The notes under the pieces were generated by a model, which did no database searches, was not told the DNA's origin, and worked only from the letters and a program-made list of their open reading frames with translations. Position numbers and translations under genes: made by a program. Shown here in pieces: positions 39,101 to 48,900 of a stretch of DNA of 64,000 bases; positions within the stretch are counted from its first letter, which is position 1, and each line of letters opens with the position of its first letter. Source of the stretch: Tubiluchus corallicola (lineage: Eukaryota; Animalia; Priapulida); NCBI GenBank assembly GCA_030141605.1, contig JAQGDQ010000173.1, forward strand, positions 124,001 through 188,000, read 5' to 3'.

Positions 39101-42100
39101 TTTATCAGTTTAATTTTTGTTTCTTAATTAGTAATTTTAGTAATAATTAGTAATTAACTACGGCCAAATCACGTTGAAAACACCGGTTCTGGTCTGATCA
39201 CTGAAGTTAAGTAACGTAGAGCCTGGTTAGTACCTGGATGGGTGACCGCCTTGGAATACCAGGTGCTGCAGGCTTGCGGGATGCCCACACTGTATTTCGA
39301 CACTAGGCGGAGGAGCTGCATAAGCAGCCAATGGCTAGAGTGCGGAGGAGGTCAAGTGACCCAACGGCCATGTGTAGAGGAGTAAACCTTCCAAATGAGG
39401 AGTGGAGCCGCGAAGACGGACCAGTGCAGCATGCTCACTGACTCCGCCAGCTCCTGCAGCCAACCTGGTGCCAAACGTATCGCTCCGCTTTCCTTTGGAC
39501 TACACCAGGGAGGAAGAGAGGGGGTTCCTGTTGTCTGGGCAACTCAGGATCTCCATACACCTTGCCCAGACATGCGCCCTGGAGAGGCCATTCCAGTGGT
39601 TCAAGGATCGTTCTGCTTAGCCACAGTCGACGCTGCAGCTCCATCAATTTGATCAATAACTGACTCTCTTGGCGCATGCTCCATTGTCTTCCGAGACAGA
39701 AGGATGCCAACCAATTAGTGATTTTACCATTTCTTCTAATTTAGCTTTTAATCCAGCCTCTTTATGCTTTTGTACCCTCTATTTTACTGACATTGTACAC
39801 ATTTACTTTATGTGTAGCTTTATCTGTATTTTTTTATTATTGCATCTTTCTGTGCAGCTGATGAACTCCAAGCGGACGAAAACTTTTGAAGAAAAAATAG
39901 ATAATTTTTGAGATTTATGGGCATTTTCACTTCTTCCATTAAAATTATGATGATGGCAAATCTCAGAAGAGCCTTATCTTATCTTAGTATCTATATATTA
40001 TTAACTTACTACATTATCTTATTTTCAAGCTGAAAACTAACTTTGATAATAATGAGAAGAGAAATTTAGAAAATAAACAATTTTATTTCTGCAATTGTTG
40101 TTTAAAAAATAATCAAATAACAAACTTAACTCACAATCTGAACAACCACTGTTGCCGTTAGCTCTCTAACCACGTCATGAAGTACAAATATCTAATTTTT
40201 TTAACAAATTTATCTGATTTTGAAGTACTTGAATGTAGAGAAAAAGCATAATGAAAAAGTGCTCGTCAAACGTGTTCAATGTTCATGTTTAAGTGACAGT
40301 AACATCAAATCTAAAAATTTGTCAGACACCGGTACTGGTCTGTCACAGGAAGTATGAAATTCGGAAAAATAACATATGTCTGAAACTATACATGCACACA
40401 GAGAGAGAACTTTTAAAGAATTATGCAAATTCCTAGCTATACACTAGCACTGAAGTGTTACACACAACAAATAAAAACACAAGTTGCTTGCTAAAGCGAC
40501 AACAGAGAACGCAAACAGTAAGTTTGTTAGCATACCATCGGCCCACAGCCGAGTGACCATCTTACTAAAAGGCGTATCACCACGAAGTGTCCCAATAGAA
40601 GAAGTGATACTCAGCGGATCGATGTGTGTTGCACGGTGACCATTTTGCTGCATTTACAAAATGTTTTTCATGCAAAATCAACTAAATCAGGTTACTGACA
40701 GTAACAATAAGGCACTTGTAACACACACAAGAAGCTAGCTGTTAGAGTAAGTGTTAACAGTTCACTCGAAGTTAGAAATGCAGTGATTGGTAGCAAGCAG
40801 TGCGATAATTAAATGTTAAGCAAGTAGGGCTGCAAGCATTTGTAAAATTTACAAACACAGCAAGATTGTGACAAAATGGTAAACAGTTGTAAATAATATC
40901 AAAGAATTTGAAGAATATGCCGACAATTTTAAAAGAGAGCAACAAGTTCCTTCGTGCCTAAAATTAACCCTTTCAATTCCACATTATTTTTTTAATAAGA
41001 AAAAAGTTTTTGGCTTGCTACTTTTGTTCAGTATGTCCATCTTGTTTACACATAATAATTATTTTTTTCTACTTGTGCCCGCGTGCTAAATATAGCCTGT
41101 ATCCCACGGGTTACGTTGGGATTCAATGGTTGCTAAACATGATAAAAAGCAAATGCTGATAATTTTTTAAAGTATTTAAGACATTTAGTATGCACGCTAT
41201 ACTGATCTGTACAAAGTCGTCTCTAAGGTACTGTACCTTGCGCAGTTTTTTATGTTATGTACATTTTCTAGTTTGCCATTTTATAACCATTTTTAGTCTA
41301 TTGTTATTGGCTTAAATCAAAATAACTATTAACAGATCAAATAACTGTCAGTTTTAAAATTTTATTAATTTTAAAGCAGAAAATATTCTCGTATCCAATG
41401 GGATACAACGGGTATGAAAGGGTTAATTTTGTAGCAAAAATTGTGACCTTAGTTTAAATATCTGTCTGCTTCCTAAAACTGGTACAATTTGTTTAAAATG
41501 TATAGCAAAATGAGATGCACTTTTATGTAGCAAACATTTTTAACTTTGGCCACGTAGAAGTTTTACAGAACTTTATAGTGTTTATCACAAGAACTTTTTC
41601 TCACTAAGTAGACAAAATTGCAATTCACCTGCTATTGAATATTTCATTTAAATCACATACCTGGTAAGCTCTAATTATAGCCTGTACAGCAAGGTGATCT
41701 TCTATGGCTCGTTTATCATATTGTATATCAGTTGATGATGCAACTGTGGATATTCTCTCATACACGTGGCTCTCATTCTCAGCCTCCCGGAAGAACGCAT
41801 CCAACGACTACATGGAAAAGATAAATAAAACGTCTGAAATGGGCAATCCCCGGGTATTCCGATGCTTACGCATACGACAATGTGAAATGATTTTACTCTT
41901 CTTCAAGGTGCTTACCGTTTAGATTCATTAGTAACAAAGATACCTAATTGCTTATGGGTGCTTTTTGTTCAGTTCAATTCAATTTCAATTTATTTATCTC
42001 TTTATAGTGTTACAATAAAACATGATTAATAAAAGAATCTCTAATAAGTTTTGAAAAATGGTTAAAATGTATAGAAAGATCTAGAACTAGAGAAAGGATA

Positions 42101-43260
42101 GCGAAAAGACTATAAAGTCACCTAGTCTGCTATCCTTTACCGAATATAGATAAAAAGATTTTTAGACACTGGTGGGCATTAATGTTATCAGTTTAATTTA
42201 GGAAACATTAGTAATTTTTAAAATTATGACATTTTCTATATAATCCAGAGAAAAGAATATACATGTAGTTTAATTAGCGGGCAACAAAATAAGGTCAATC
42301 TTGATTAAACTAAAAATTGCATTTAGATTTTATGTGAAATACAGGTCAAAATTGTTATGAAATGATAAAAACACTTTGGGTTAATAATGATATTAATCAA
42401 CAACAGGAGTTAAATACATTTTGATTTGAGTTCAACTTCATTATTTCTAGGCTTATTGATTAAGAACAAATCTACTGACTAGGACAATAATACTAAATAA
42501 TATAATTCTCAATATACTGATAAGACAAACATTTAGCTATACAGGTTTTTAGTAATTTTATAAAGGAGAGATAAGACTTGTGCAATCTGTGAACAACACC
42601 TAAATCTTTACTCATAAAATAGTATTGCAGTATGACTTTCGAGCAGCTGCACAACTGATTTTACGATTTAACTGAACAAAATAGACTATCCCGACTACAA
42701 TAACTCGATTCAGGAATCACGTCTAAAATCCCATATAGATTATTCGACTAACACAACATGCCATTAGATATTATTGTCGATGCTGTCATCCCATGCACTG
42801 TCATCAGTCGTTTCATTCAGATTATTCACAATATTCACAGTATTATTGTGATCTGGCGTGCCCCATTTTTCAGGATCGTTATTAAAGTTCTTCAAAAACG
42901 AGTCAAGAAGCGTCTTGTTTAATCGATCTTTCTGGGTTAAGTTTTTCTTAAAATCATATATATCGTAAAATGTTATATATATATTATATAACTGAACAAC
43001 ACCTACATTCTAGTAATTTTTTATGGAATATAAAAAAACATGCTAACCGTATTAACACTACTTCGGTCTCTTAGCCACGACTGATACATCTCTTCCATGT
43101 AAACTGCTGAAGTGCCATTAAGTGCTGATGAAATGTTCCTCTGGCACTGGAGCTGTAGCGACACATTCTTACTAAACGTACTTGCAAGAAGTGAAGGAAC
43201 GGCACGTCCATTTTTGGCATTTTGCAGCAGGGTAAGTATTACTTTACTTCTAGACATCAT
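12196..43260 (-). CDS. OGDH: 2-oxoglutarate dehydrogenase E1 component, mitochondrial (complete multi-exon gene, about 1007-1010 aa)
   Basis: Hand-assembled GT-AG exons with consistent phases: 43260-43048, 41807-41661, [40647-40536 OR 38801-38699], 37166-37066, 36044-35890, 34253-34019, 32992-32813, 31992-31864, 31331-31152, 29748-29596, 27805-27706, 26712-26596, 25098-24948, 22940-22813, 20613-20363, 17890-17692, 17520-17357, 16196-16042, 12358-12196 (TAA). Hallmark motifs: [76 protein letters not shown] (ThDP binding), [54 protein letters not shown]. The basic N-terminus resembles a mitochondrial presequence. Confidence 0.97.
12376..13345 (+). mobile_element. CAGGGATGAGAAT-TIR MITE, copy 1, with an internal 47-bp x about 8 tandem array (12392-12775)
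   Basis: TIR cagggatgagaat / attctcatccctg; 6-bp TSD gaaaac. Confidence 0.88.
13731..14251 (+). mobile_element. 5S rRNA-derived SINE (SINE3), copy 1
   Basis: About 119-nt 5S-like head (tctacggccaaatcacgttgaaaacacc...tggatgggtgaccgcc...ctgtaggctt), about 400-nt GC-rich body, (CAA) tail; 12-bp TSD tgccttagaaca. Confidence 0.92.
14702..15250 (-). mobile_element. 5'-truncated L2/CR1-group LINE 3' end
   Basis: Reverse complement of 52480-53040; (TAAA)n tail. Confidence 0.75.
15510..15735. repeat. Interspersed repeat, inverted partner at 24665-24891; possibly a Kolobok-type end
   Basis: About 220 bp shared in inverted orientation; both begin ttaaag(a/g)aaga(c/t)aggat. Confidence 0.55.
16341..17332. 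mobile_element. Tc1/mariner MITE interrupted by another MITE
   Basis: ta|cagggtgtccca ... tgagacaccctg|ta with TA TSD. Confidence 0.75.
16618..17075 (+). mobile_element. CAGGGATGAGAAT-TIR MITE, copy 2, nested in a Tc1/mariner MITE
   Basis: Same TIRs; 8-bp TSD gtttcatc. Confidence 0.9.
17943..18355 (+). mobile_element. Bipartite non-autonomous RTE retroelement
   Basis: 13-bp TSD aatcttttattgt; RTE-like 5' motif agtcccaagcccggataaa..ggaagggcatcc; RT C-terminal remnant [31 protein letters not shown]; (GAA)n tail. Confidence 0.85.
19841..20258 (+). mobile_element. piggyBac-type MITE, copy 1
   Basis: ttaa|ccctttca ... tgaaaggg|ttaa; internal palindromes tgtatcccgtgggatac. Confidence 0.88.
20750..21130. 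repeat. Degenerate (GAAT/GAAC)n microsatellite
   Basis: Tetranucleotide-derived low-complexity tract. Confidence 0.7.
21302..22666. repeat. 65-bp minisatellite, about 21 near-identical units
   Basis: Unit ttgttgaaatctcgtaccaatgcaccacaaaagacagataaggcacgtggcatgttaactgatac. Confidence 0.95.
23419..24433. mobile_element. Non-autonomous hAT-like element
   Basis: Termini cagggc..ttaac / gttaac..gccctg; 8-bp TSD aattaatg/aattaatc; interior 23498-24046 recurs inverted at 50117-50662. Confidence 0.7.
25833..26552. mobile_element. TIR element with arrays of subterminal tcaaatgt repeats
   Basis: ta|ggttttacacgtcaa ... ttgacatgtaaaacc|ta; subterminal motifs inverted between the two ends. Confidence 0.75.
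27149..27688 (+). mobile_element. CAGGGATGAGAAT-TIR MITE, copy 3
   Basis: Same TIRs and body; flanks ctgtct/ctgtcc. Confidence 0.88.
28064..28613 (+). mobile_element. 5S rRNA-derived SINE, copy 2
   Basis: Same head and body as copy 1; (CCAA) tail; TSD degenerate. Confidence 0.9.
29009..29509 (-). mobile_element. 5S rRNA-derived SINE, copy 3 (about 43-bp internal deletion)
   Basis: Reverse-complement copy; perfect 14-bp TSD atttgtgaaatatg at 28995-29008 and 29510-29523. Confidence 0.92.
29963..30260 (-). mobile_element. LINE 3'UTR remnant with an expanded (TTAC)n tail
   Basis: tttcgccaccctttcacca..aaaaaggtgata motif also at 46160-46290 and 54197-54340, which end in short cttac repeats. Confidence 0.6.
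30606..31089 (+). mobile_element. CAGGGATGAGAAT-TIR MITE, copy 4
   Basis: Same TIRs and body; 6-bp TSD taaaaa. Confidence 0.88.
32254..32698 (+). mobile_element. piggyBac-type MITE, copy 2
   Basis: TTAA TSD, same body. Confidence 0.88.
33170..33352. repeat. Degenerate (CACCA)n microsatellite
   Basis: Pentanucleotide-derived tract. Confidence 0.7.
34490..35157 (+). mobile_element. Retroelement 3' end with (ATTGA)n tail; inverted copies at 41972-42545 and 61057-61153
   Basis: About 570 bp nearly identical in reverse complement to 41972-42545; shared tail ataaataaattgaattgaa. Confidence 0.7.
35332..35791 (-). mobile_element. piggyBac-type MITE, copy 3
   Basis: TTAA TSD, reverse orientation. 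Confidence 0.88.
36200..36919 (+). mobile_element. Probable non-autonomous Helitron
   Basis: GC-rich insert starting tatatatataagatt and ending gcaaa..ttgcagggcctttgCTAG|t; no TIR or TSD. Confidence 0.6.
37474..37949 (+). mobile_element. hAT (Charlie-like) MITE, copy 1
   Basis: caggggtgtgcaaatt ... aatttggacaccctg; TSD atctaagc/cactaagc. Confidence 0.85.
38059..38437. mobile_element. Tc1/mariner (pogo/Tigger-like) MITE
   Basis: ta|cagtcaaccctcgttaaaccg ... cggtttaacgagggtcgactg|ta. Confidence 0.88.
38699..38801 (-). CDS. OGDH: OGDH mutually exclusive exon 3b
   Basis: tag|GTG...TGG A|gtgagt; 103 nt, phase 0 to phase 1; encodes [34 protein letters not shown]. Confidence 0.92.
39156..39712 (+). 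mobile_element. 5S rRNA-derived SINE, copy 4 (between the two mutually exclusive OGDH exons)
   Basis: Same head and body; TSD aattagtaatt/aattagtgatt. Confidence 0.9.
40536..40647 (-). CDS. OGDH: OGDH mutually exclusive exon 3a
   Basis: cag|CAA...GAT G|gtatgc; 112 nt, phase 0 to phase 1; encodes [37 protein letters not shown], matching the xRGHxxAxLDPLG block that follows RAYQ. Confidence 0.82.
40968..41422 (-). mobile_element. piggyBac-type MITE, copy 4
   Basis: TTAA TSD, reverse orientation. Confidence 0.88.
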
Positions 43261-44139
43261 TGTGAAGCAATATAAACCCTAAAATACATATAATGAATAG
43301 AGCCTATTTCAAAAGATATTACCTACAAACAAAACTGCTATGTTTTATAATACAATTTATTATGTAGTTTGGATATAGTAACCAAGTTAATTTAACAAAA
43401 TACAAAAATCACAAGTGTGCCAAAATACAAAACCACATAACCAAGGAACAAATTAATTTTAAAAAAGGTCTCAAGCCATGACCAGTACGATTAGAAGATA
43501 TTGCTAATAGCCATGTGTGAAGTTCTTCCTGCTACGTAATGCTTCAAGTCTAAGCTGAAGTTGGAGAACTGCAATACTGGAATTATTCTCGCTGGCTTTA
43601 ACTACTAGTCGGCAGCACCTGGCTTCTTACTGAGGCGGGAAACCAGCTTTTGGGACTGGCCTATGTGACGTGGCTTTAATAAGTAAGATCTCACTAGTAT
43701 GGCGGCTAGTGGTGTTCTTTAACTCTGTTTGAGTTAAAAACCTATTGTGCTATTACATGTTGGTGGCAAATAATGATGACCTTCAGCTATGAGTCTGATG
43801 ATGCCAGTTTGCCTAGACACCTGTGCACAGGTTTGAAATATTAGTACAATTTGTGGAACTTTGAGGTACAACTATTAGATAGACTTCTCTACTAAAAGCT
43901 ATGGGAATGAACTAGCCTTTAAATGTTGCTGAGGTAGTAGCCCTCTCTACCATGCCAGTTATTTCCAGTAATAGCGCGTCAGCGATGGAACTGTTTTTCT
44001 AGTAACGCCCGTAGTACCGAACCGCTAGGCTGATTCATGACAAAGGACATAACCATTACCAGCGTTACGGTGTTACCTACGTATGGTGAGCTGCGTTGAA
44101 CTTATACATAGGCCTAGGCTCGCATTAAGAGACTCTAAC

Positions 44140-44220
44140 CATGAACTCTTCAACAGACCGGACTGCCTCGCCATTGTTTATAACAAAGTGATCACATACA
44201 TTTGCTAACCAATAAGGAAG
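44140..44220 (-). promoter_or_regulatory. Candidate OGDH first (5'UTR) exon and core promoter
   Basis: An acceptor ttttag 18 nt before the OGDH ATG suggests an upstream exon. Here there is a donor atg|gttaga at 44139, a YY1/initiator-like acaatggcg and a CCAAT near 44210. Confidence 0.4.
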
Positions 44221-44727
44221 CTTGTGTTATTGTTATTGTTTTATTACATGTATAAATCTCTAAAACTAATAACAATCACTGTATGCATTGTATAATCTAT
44301 TCGTATATTAGCGTAATTTAAATTAGCAGTAAAGTCATGATTATAAAAGAAACACCTTCGTACTACCCTCTTGAGGTAATACGGGTACTACCGCCCCCGT
44401 AATTTTAAGACCTTGCCCGCTCATAGTGCGAATCTAGGTGGTCGAACTAATTAAATCTTCTACACCTATCTACAGTTCTTCACACCATGCTTTATCAACT
44501 CATGAAGAAGTCCAAGTCCTGGCAAGCAAACTTTCAAAATATGCTCCAATTAAAGGTTTATCAGGTAAAGTTGTAACAAATGCTTCAACCTTTTCTACCC
44601 AGATTGATTTTGCTAAATCTAACGCAGCATAAGTGTCAGAGGTGGAAACTCTAGAAAGGATTTCTTGTACTAAAGAAGTGGACCCACTAGCTGATGCAAG
44701 AAAGGCAGCAAGAGATACCTGGGTGAC

Positions 44728-46290
44728 ATGTTTGCAGCTGATACAAACTCATTCATGGCCGCATCTAATACCAAAAATCTAGAAAATACTGTTAATGACC
44801 ACCTTGTCAAAACTGACACCTGGCTAAAGGCAAATAAATTAACACTCAATTATCAAAAAACTAAATTTATTCTCTTTACGAATCACAGAACAAGTAATGG
44901 TGTAAATAATTTCCGAATTAAACTTAACAATATTAACATAGATCAATCAAATAAAATTAAATATTTAGGAATCCACATTGATGACAAGTTAAACTGGAAC
45001 TCACACATTCAACACTTAACATATAAAATAAGTAAAATTGCTGGCATTTTCTTTAAACTTAGACACTACTTAGATGTTCCAACACTCAAATTAGGATACT
45101 ATGGTCTAGTATTCCCTTATTTAGAGCATGAAATACTTACATGGGGATCTGCCAAAAAAACTACAATGCAAAATCTTACTGTTTATCAAAATAAAATTGT
45201 TAAGGCTATTTGCTTTGCTGGTCTCAGAGAACATGCAACTCCCTACTATAATCAATTGAAAATTTTAAAAATAAATATATATAAGCTAGAATTGGCCAAA
45301 TTTGTTTTAAATTTAAAAATAATATGCTGCCCCAACTGTTTAAAGGATACATGAGCGAATCTTCTGCTTTACACAATTATCAAACTCATTTTGCCTCAAA
45401 TAATAGTATGAGTGTAGTAAGATATAATACAAACAAAGCCCAGTGCTCTCTTAAATATCAAGGCCCCTATATCTGGAACTCTATTCCCCAAGAAATTAAG
45501 AACAAATCAATTTATTTTCTTATCAGTAAATATAAAGATAAATTAATATCTCAGTATTCATCTTTGTAGATCTATGATATGTTAAAAGTAGTCTAAATTT
45601 TTGTTAAACTAACTATAATTTAAATAACTACTATTTTCCTTACTTCCATTTAAGTTGAAATCCTTGTAGTTGAGCTAAATCTGTTATTTCTAATAAGTTT
45701 TTCTATTATGTGTAAATTAAATTCACTAATAATCTCAGCTGATGCTATTCAAATTGATATTGCATTTCATTTATTTAAATACTATATAAATTAAATACTA
45801 ATGAGCAATTCACAGTGAAGCCAGCTATTACAATGCTTTAGTAATTATGATACAGATAATTTGCGTCGTGCTGCACAAATTCTTCAGTAAGCATTACAGC
45901 TCAAATGTATGTTATGGAGGTAAGGTACACCAATTGTATATTTTAATATTTATGTAATCATCAGTGCTAATACTAAAGAATTTTAAGATACGTTTGCTTT
46001 CAACTCTTTTCTTCATGATTAAGCATACATGTTTACCCACTTTTGCTAGCTACAACTACAAGCAAAAACTTAAACTTTTTACTTTGTTTCATTGGTTCTA
46101 GGTCCTAATCATCATAATATTTAAATATCTTTAAATAAGTTTAACTTATGACTCACAGCCCTTTCGCCACCCTTTCACCACTAATCAATAATTACGTTTG
46201 CACTTTGTAATATTATTGACTATTGACAGTATTGTACAGATTTATAAATCACTTAGTTATGTGTTCTGCATTAAAAATGGTGATAAACTT
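44728..46290 (+). mobile_element. L2/CR1-group (Crack/Daphne-like) LINE: RT C-terminal half with frameshift plus 3'UTR
   Basis: MFAADT (FADDT-like), WLKANKLTLNYQKTK, IKYLGIHIDDKLNWNSHI, GPYIWNSIPQEIK; frameshift near 45330. Confidence 0.85.
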
Positions 46291-47008
46291 ACCTACTTTT
46301 ATACCAAGTAGTCGTTCAAACGCAAAATAATGTGAGGTTAAGGTCGCACCAGATAGATAAGAATTGATTAACACATAACGACCAAAAATTGTGTAACCAG
46401 ATAAGAATTTACTGAGAAACGTCTATTTACATCCAGTCACTAACTGCTACTTGGTGTCAGCTAGATCAAAATCGTTGTAAATTCAATTCAATTTCAATTT
46501 ATTGCCCAAATACATAATTTATAGTGCAGGCTTCTAAGGCAAAAAACGATGCAAGACATAAATGTCAAATAATACTTACATATAAAGTTGATTCATATAA
46601 GCTTTGTACAATAGGTTATTTCTAGTGATAGTAATTATAATTATTAACATTTTTGGTATAATTTGTATTAAAAAAAGAAAACAATTAATAAACTGTATTT
46701 TCTAATTATATAAACAAACATGTTTACATACATAGATAAAATATCTCAACTCTCAATTCAATTAAATTTCAGTTTATTTGCTCAAATATGTGGGAAAAAA
46801 TACATTGGGGGAAAATGAGCTACGATTTACTTTCAATGAATTAGCACATGAAAACATAAAAAAGTTTAATTAATAATTAACTAAGACCAATAACACGAAA
46901 AGCCTATAGATATTTGGATACACTAATCAAAGTAATATTATGTCACTCAGCCAACCAAAGTGATAATTAATAAGTAGTGTTAATTATAAATGGTCAGTAT
47001 ACCGTATT

Positions 47009-47509
47009 TAGGGTTACCATATTGTCTGAATTGAAAAACAGGACACTTTTTCGCACACTTGTAAGTAGGCAAAAATGAGCAGTCTAGGGTCTATTAAAAC
47101 AATGCAAAATAAAATGCAAATTATACAAATAGGCCTACATGTATTCTAATAGCAATACCAAATACAAACAAAATGGCTCCCGGAAGCTGGCGTCATTTTA
47201 AGTCGTTAGCGAATACGCCGGGTATCGACAGTGGTGTGAGTCATGTGACCCATAGTGATGTGCGCATCGCTTATTTTGTTCAGTAAATATATACACAAAG
47301 CTTTTACAAGGGTTGCATTTTGAGATGTTAGTCACATCTTATATTGAAAATGACCAGCTTTTCTTTGTCTCATACCATTGCATGCCCATCCATACATACT
47401 TACGAATTGAGGCAAACCCTGGACAAACTGCCAATTTTTTGAAAACCCTCCCGTACAGAGGCCCAAAAAGAGGGCGTGTCCGGGGAAACCCGGACGTATG
47501 GTAACCCTA
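47009..47509. mobile_element. hAT (Blackjack-like) MITE
   Basis: TIR tagggttaccata / tatggtaacccta; perfect 8-bp TSD accgtatt. Confidence 0.9.
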
Positions 47510-48665
47510 ACCGTATTCGTCAGTATTTCCACCATAAATGAAATACACGTGCTTTGCTAAGCTGGTATTAGTCGCCATAAATTTTGTAGTTTTTGGCACT
47601 CTCAGCACTCAAGGATATGCCTTAACTGATTGACCTTCAATTAATTAAGGTAAATCTCATTTAGCTCATCTCCTTTTATTAACGTTTTACATAATAGAGT
47701 GGCAAATATAATAGCGACGATATATTGAATATTTTTAAAAACTATTATGGAATAAATTAATCCACAATTATGGTGACATTAATACAAAGCTTGCTCGAAG
47801 CAAAGGAAATGTGAAAAAGCCAAGACGATGCATGGACTTGAACTAGGAGTTGAGTTCTTCCAGTCCGTGTCTTTTCAGGTTTCGAAATTCCACAAATGTG
47901 TGTTTATTCCATTATCAGTGATGATACTCTGTTAGTGACTCACGGAGTTTTAATTTCACGACATCCCGTGGGCCCATAGCCGTGCAGCGTTACAATTGGC
48001 CGATATAATAATTACCAAGATTGTACGTTTGCGAAGTAACACTAACCCTTACTACTCAGTAATTGCTGCTGCTATCTAGTAACGAAAACAAAAACAGAAA
48101 CGCAAAATCTATAAACTACTTGCGCAAAAATGTAATTTTGCAAAAAGTGTTACTACCAACAGAGAGTCAAAAAAACTTCAACTTGCTAATTTTGCATTAA
48201 TTTTTTTGTAAATCTAAACTTTGTTGTCCTCGTATTAAAATTAAAAGGTAGCGATAGGGGCGTCCTCTTAAACTTATTTATCGCAGACGGCCATAGATTT
48301 ACCTGCAGGGTTTAATAAATTTGTTGTATAATTACACTAGGTAAGATGCAAGCCTGCTAATGTTAATGCGTGTCTTTTGCATGTGACTTGAGCAAGCGCG
48401 CTGTGCACATTAAATGGCATAGATGAACAAGCTTTCATCTTCTAGACTGAATACTACAATAGTCCAAGACGAAAAGTTGAAAATGAAAGTAGTGTATATT
48501 AGTTTTATTACTATTACTATAGTATTAGTAGCATTACAATACACTCAGACGTCTTTAGTATACAGCCTAGTGAGACAGCAAATAAGTCGGCATTATAATG
48601 AGGGGGCTAATCACAAATTACCCAAGCAAGTTTACTTCAGCCAGGCTAGACAGCACTTTCCCTTT

Positions 48666-48900
48666 TTTCCTCACAAAAGTTATTGAATTAGTACTGAAAT
48701 AAAACTCAGTAAAGTAAATTAGTAAAATAATAAGACCAAAGGTCTGGAACTGGACCCGATAATTTTCTTCTTACAGGTTCCCTGGTTTCCTCACAAAAGT
48801 TATTGAATTAGTACTGAAATAAAACTCAGTAAAGTAAATTAGTAAAATAATATGACCAAAGGTCTGGCACTGGACCCGATAATTCTTTTCTTACAGGTTC
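48666..48900. repeat. Direct tandem duplication of about 120 bp
   Basis: Two copies of tttcctcacaaaagttattg...cttacaggttc. Confidence 0.9.

Noticed and set aside
40135-40165. Possible third OGDH alternative micro-exon (tag|[10 protein letters not shown]|gtgagt, phase 0 to 1)
   Set aside because: Only 31 nt, no pyrimidine tract and no GH..DPL similarity.
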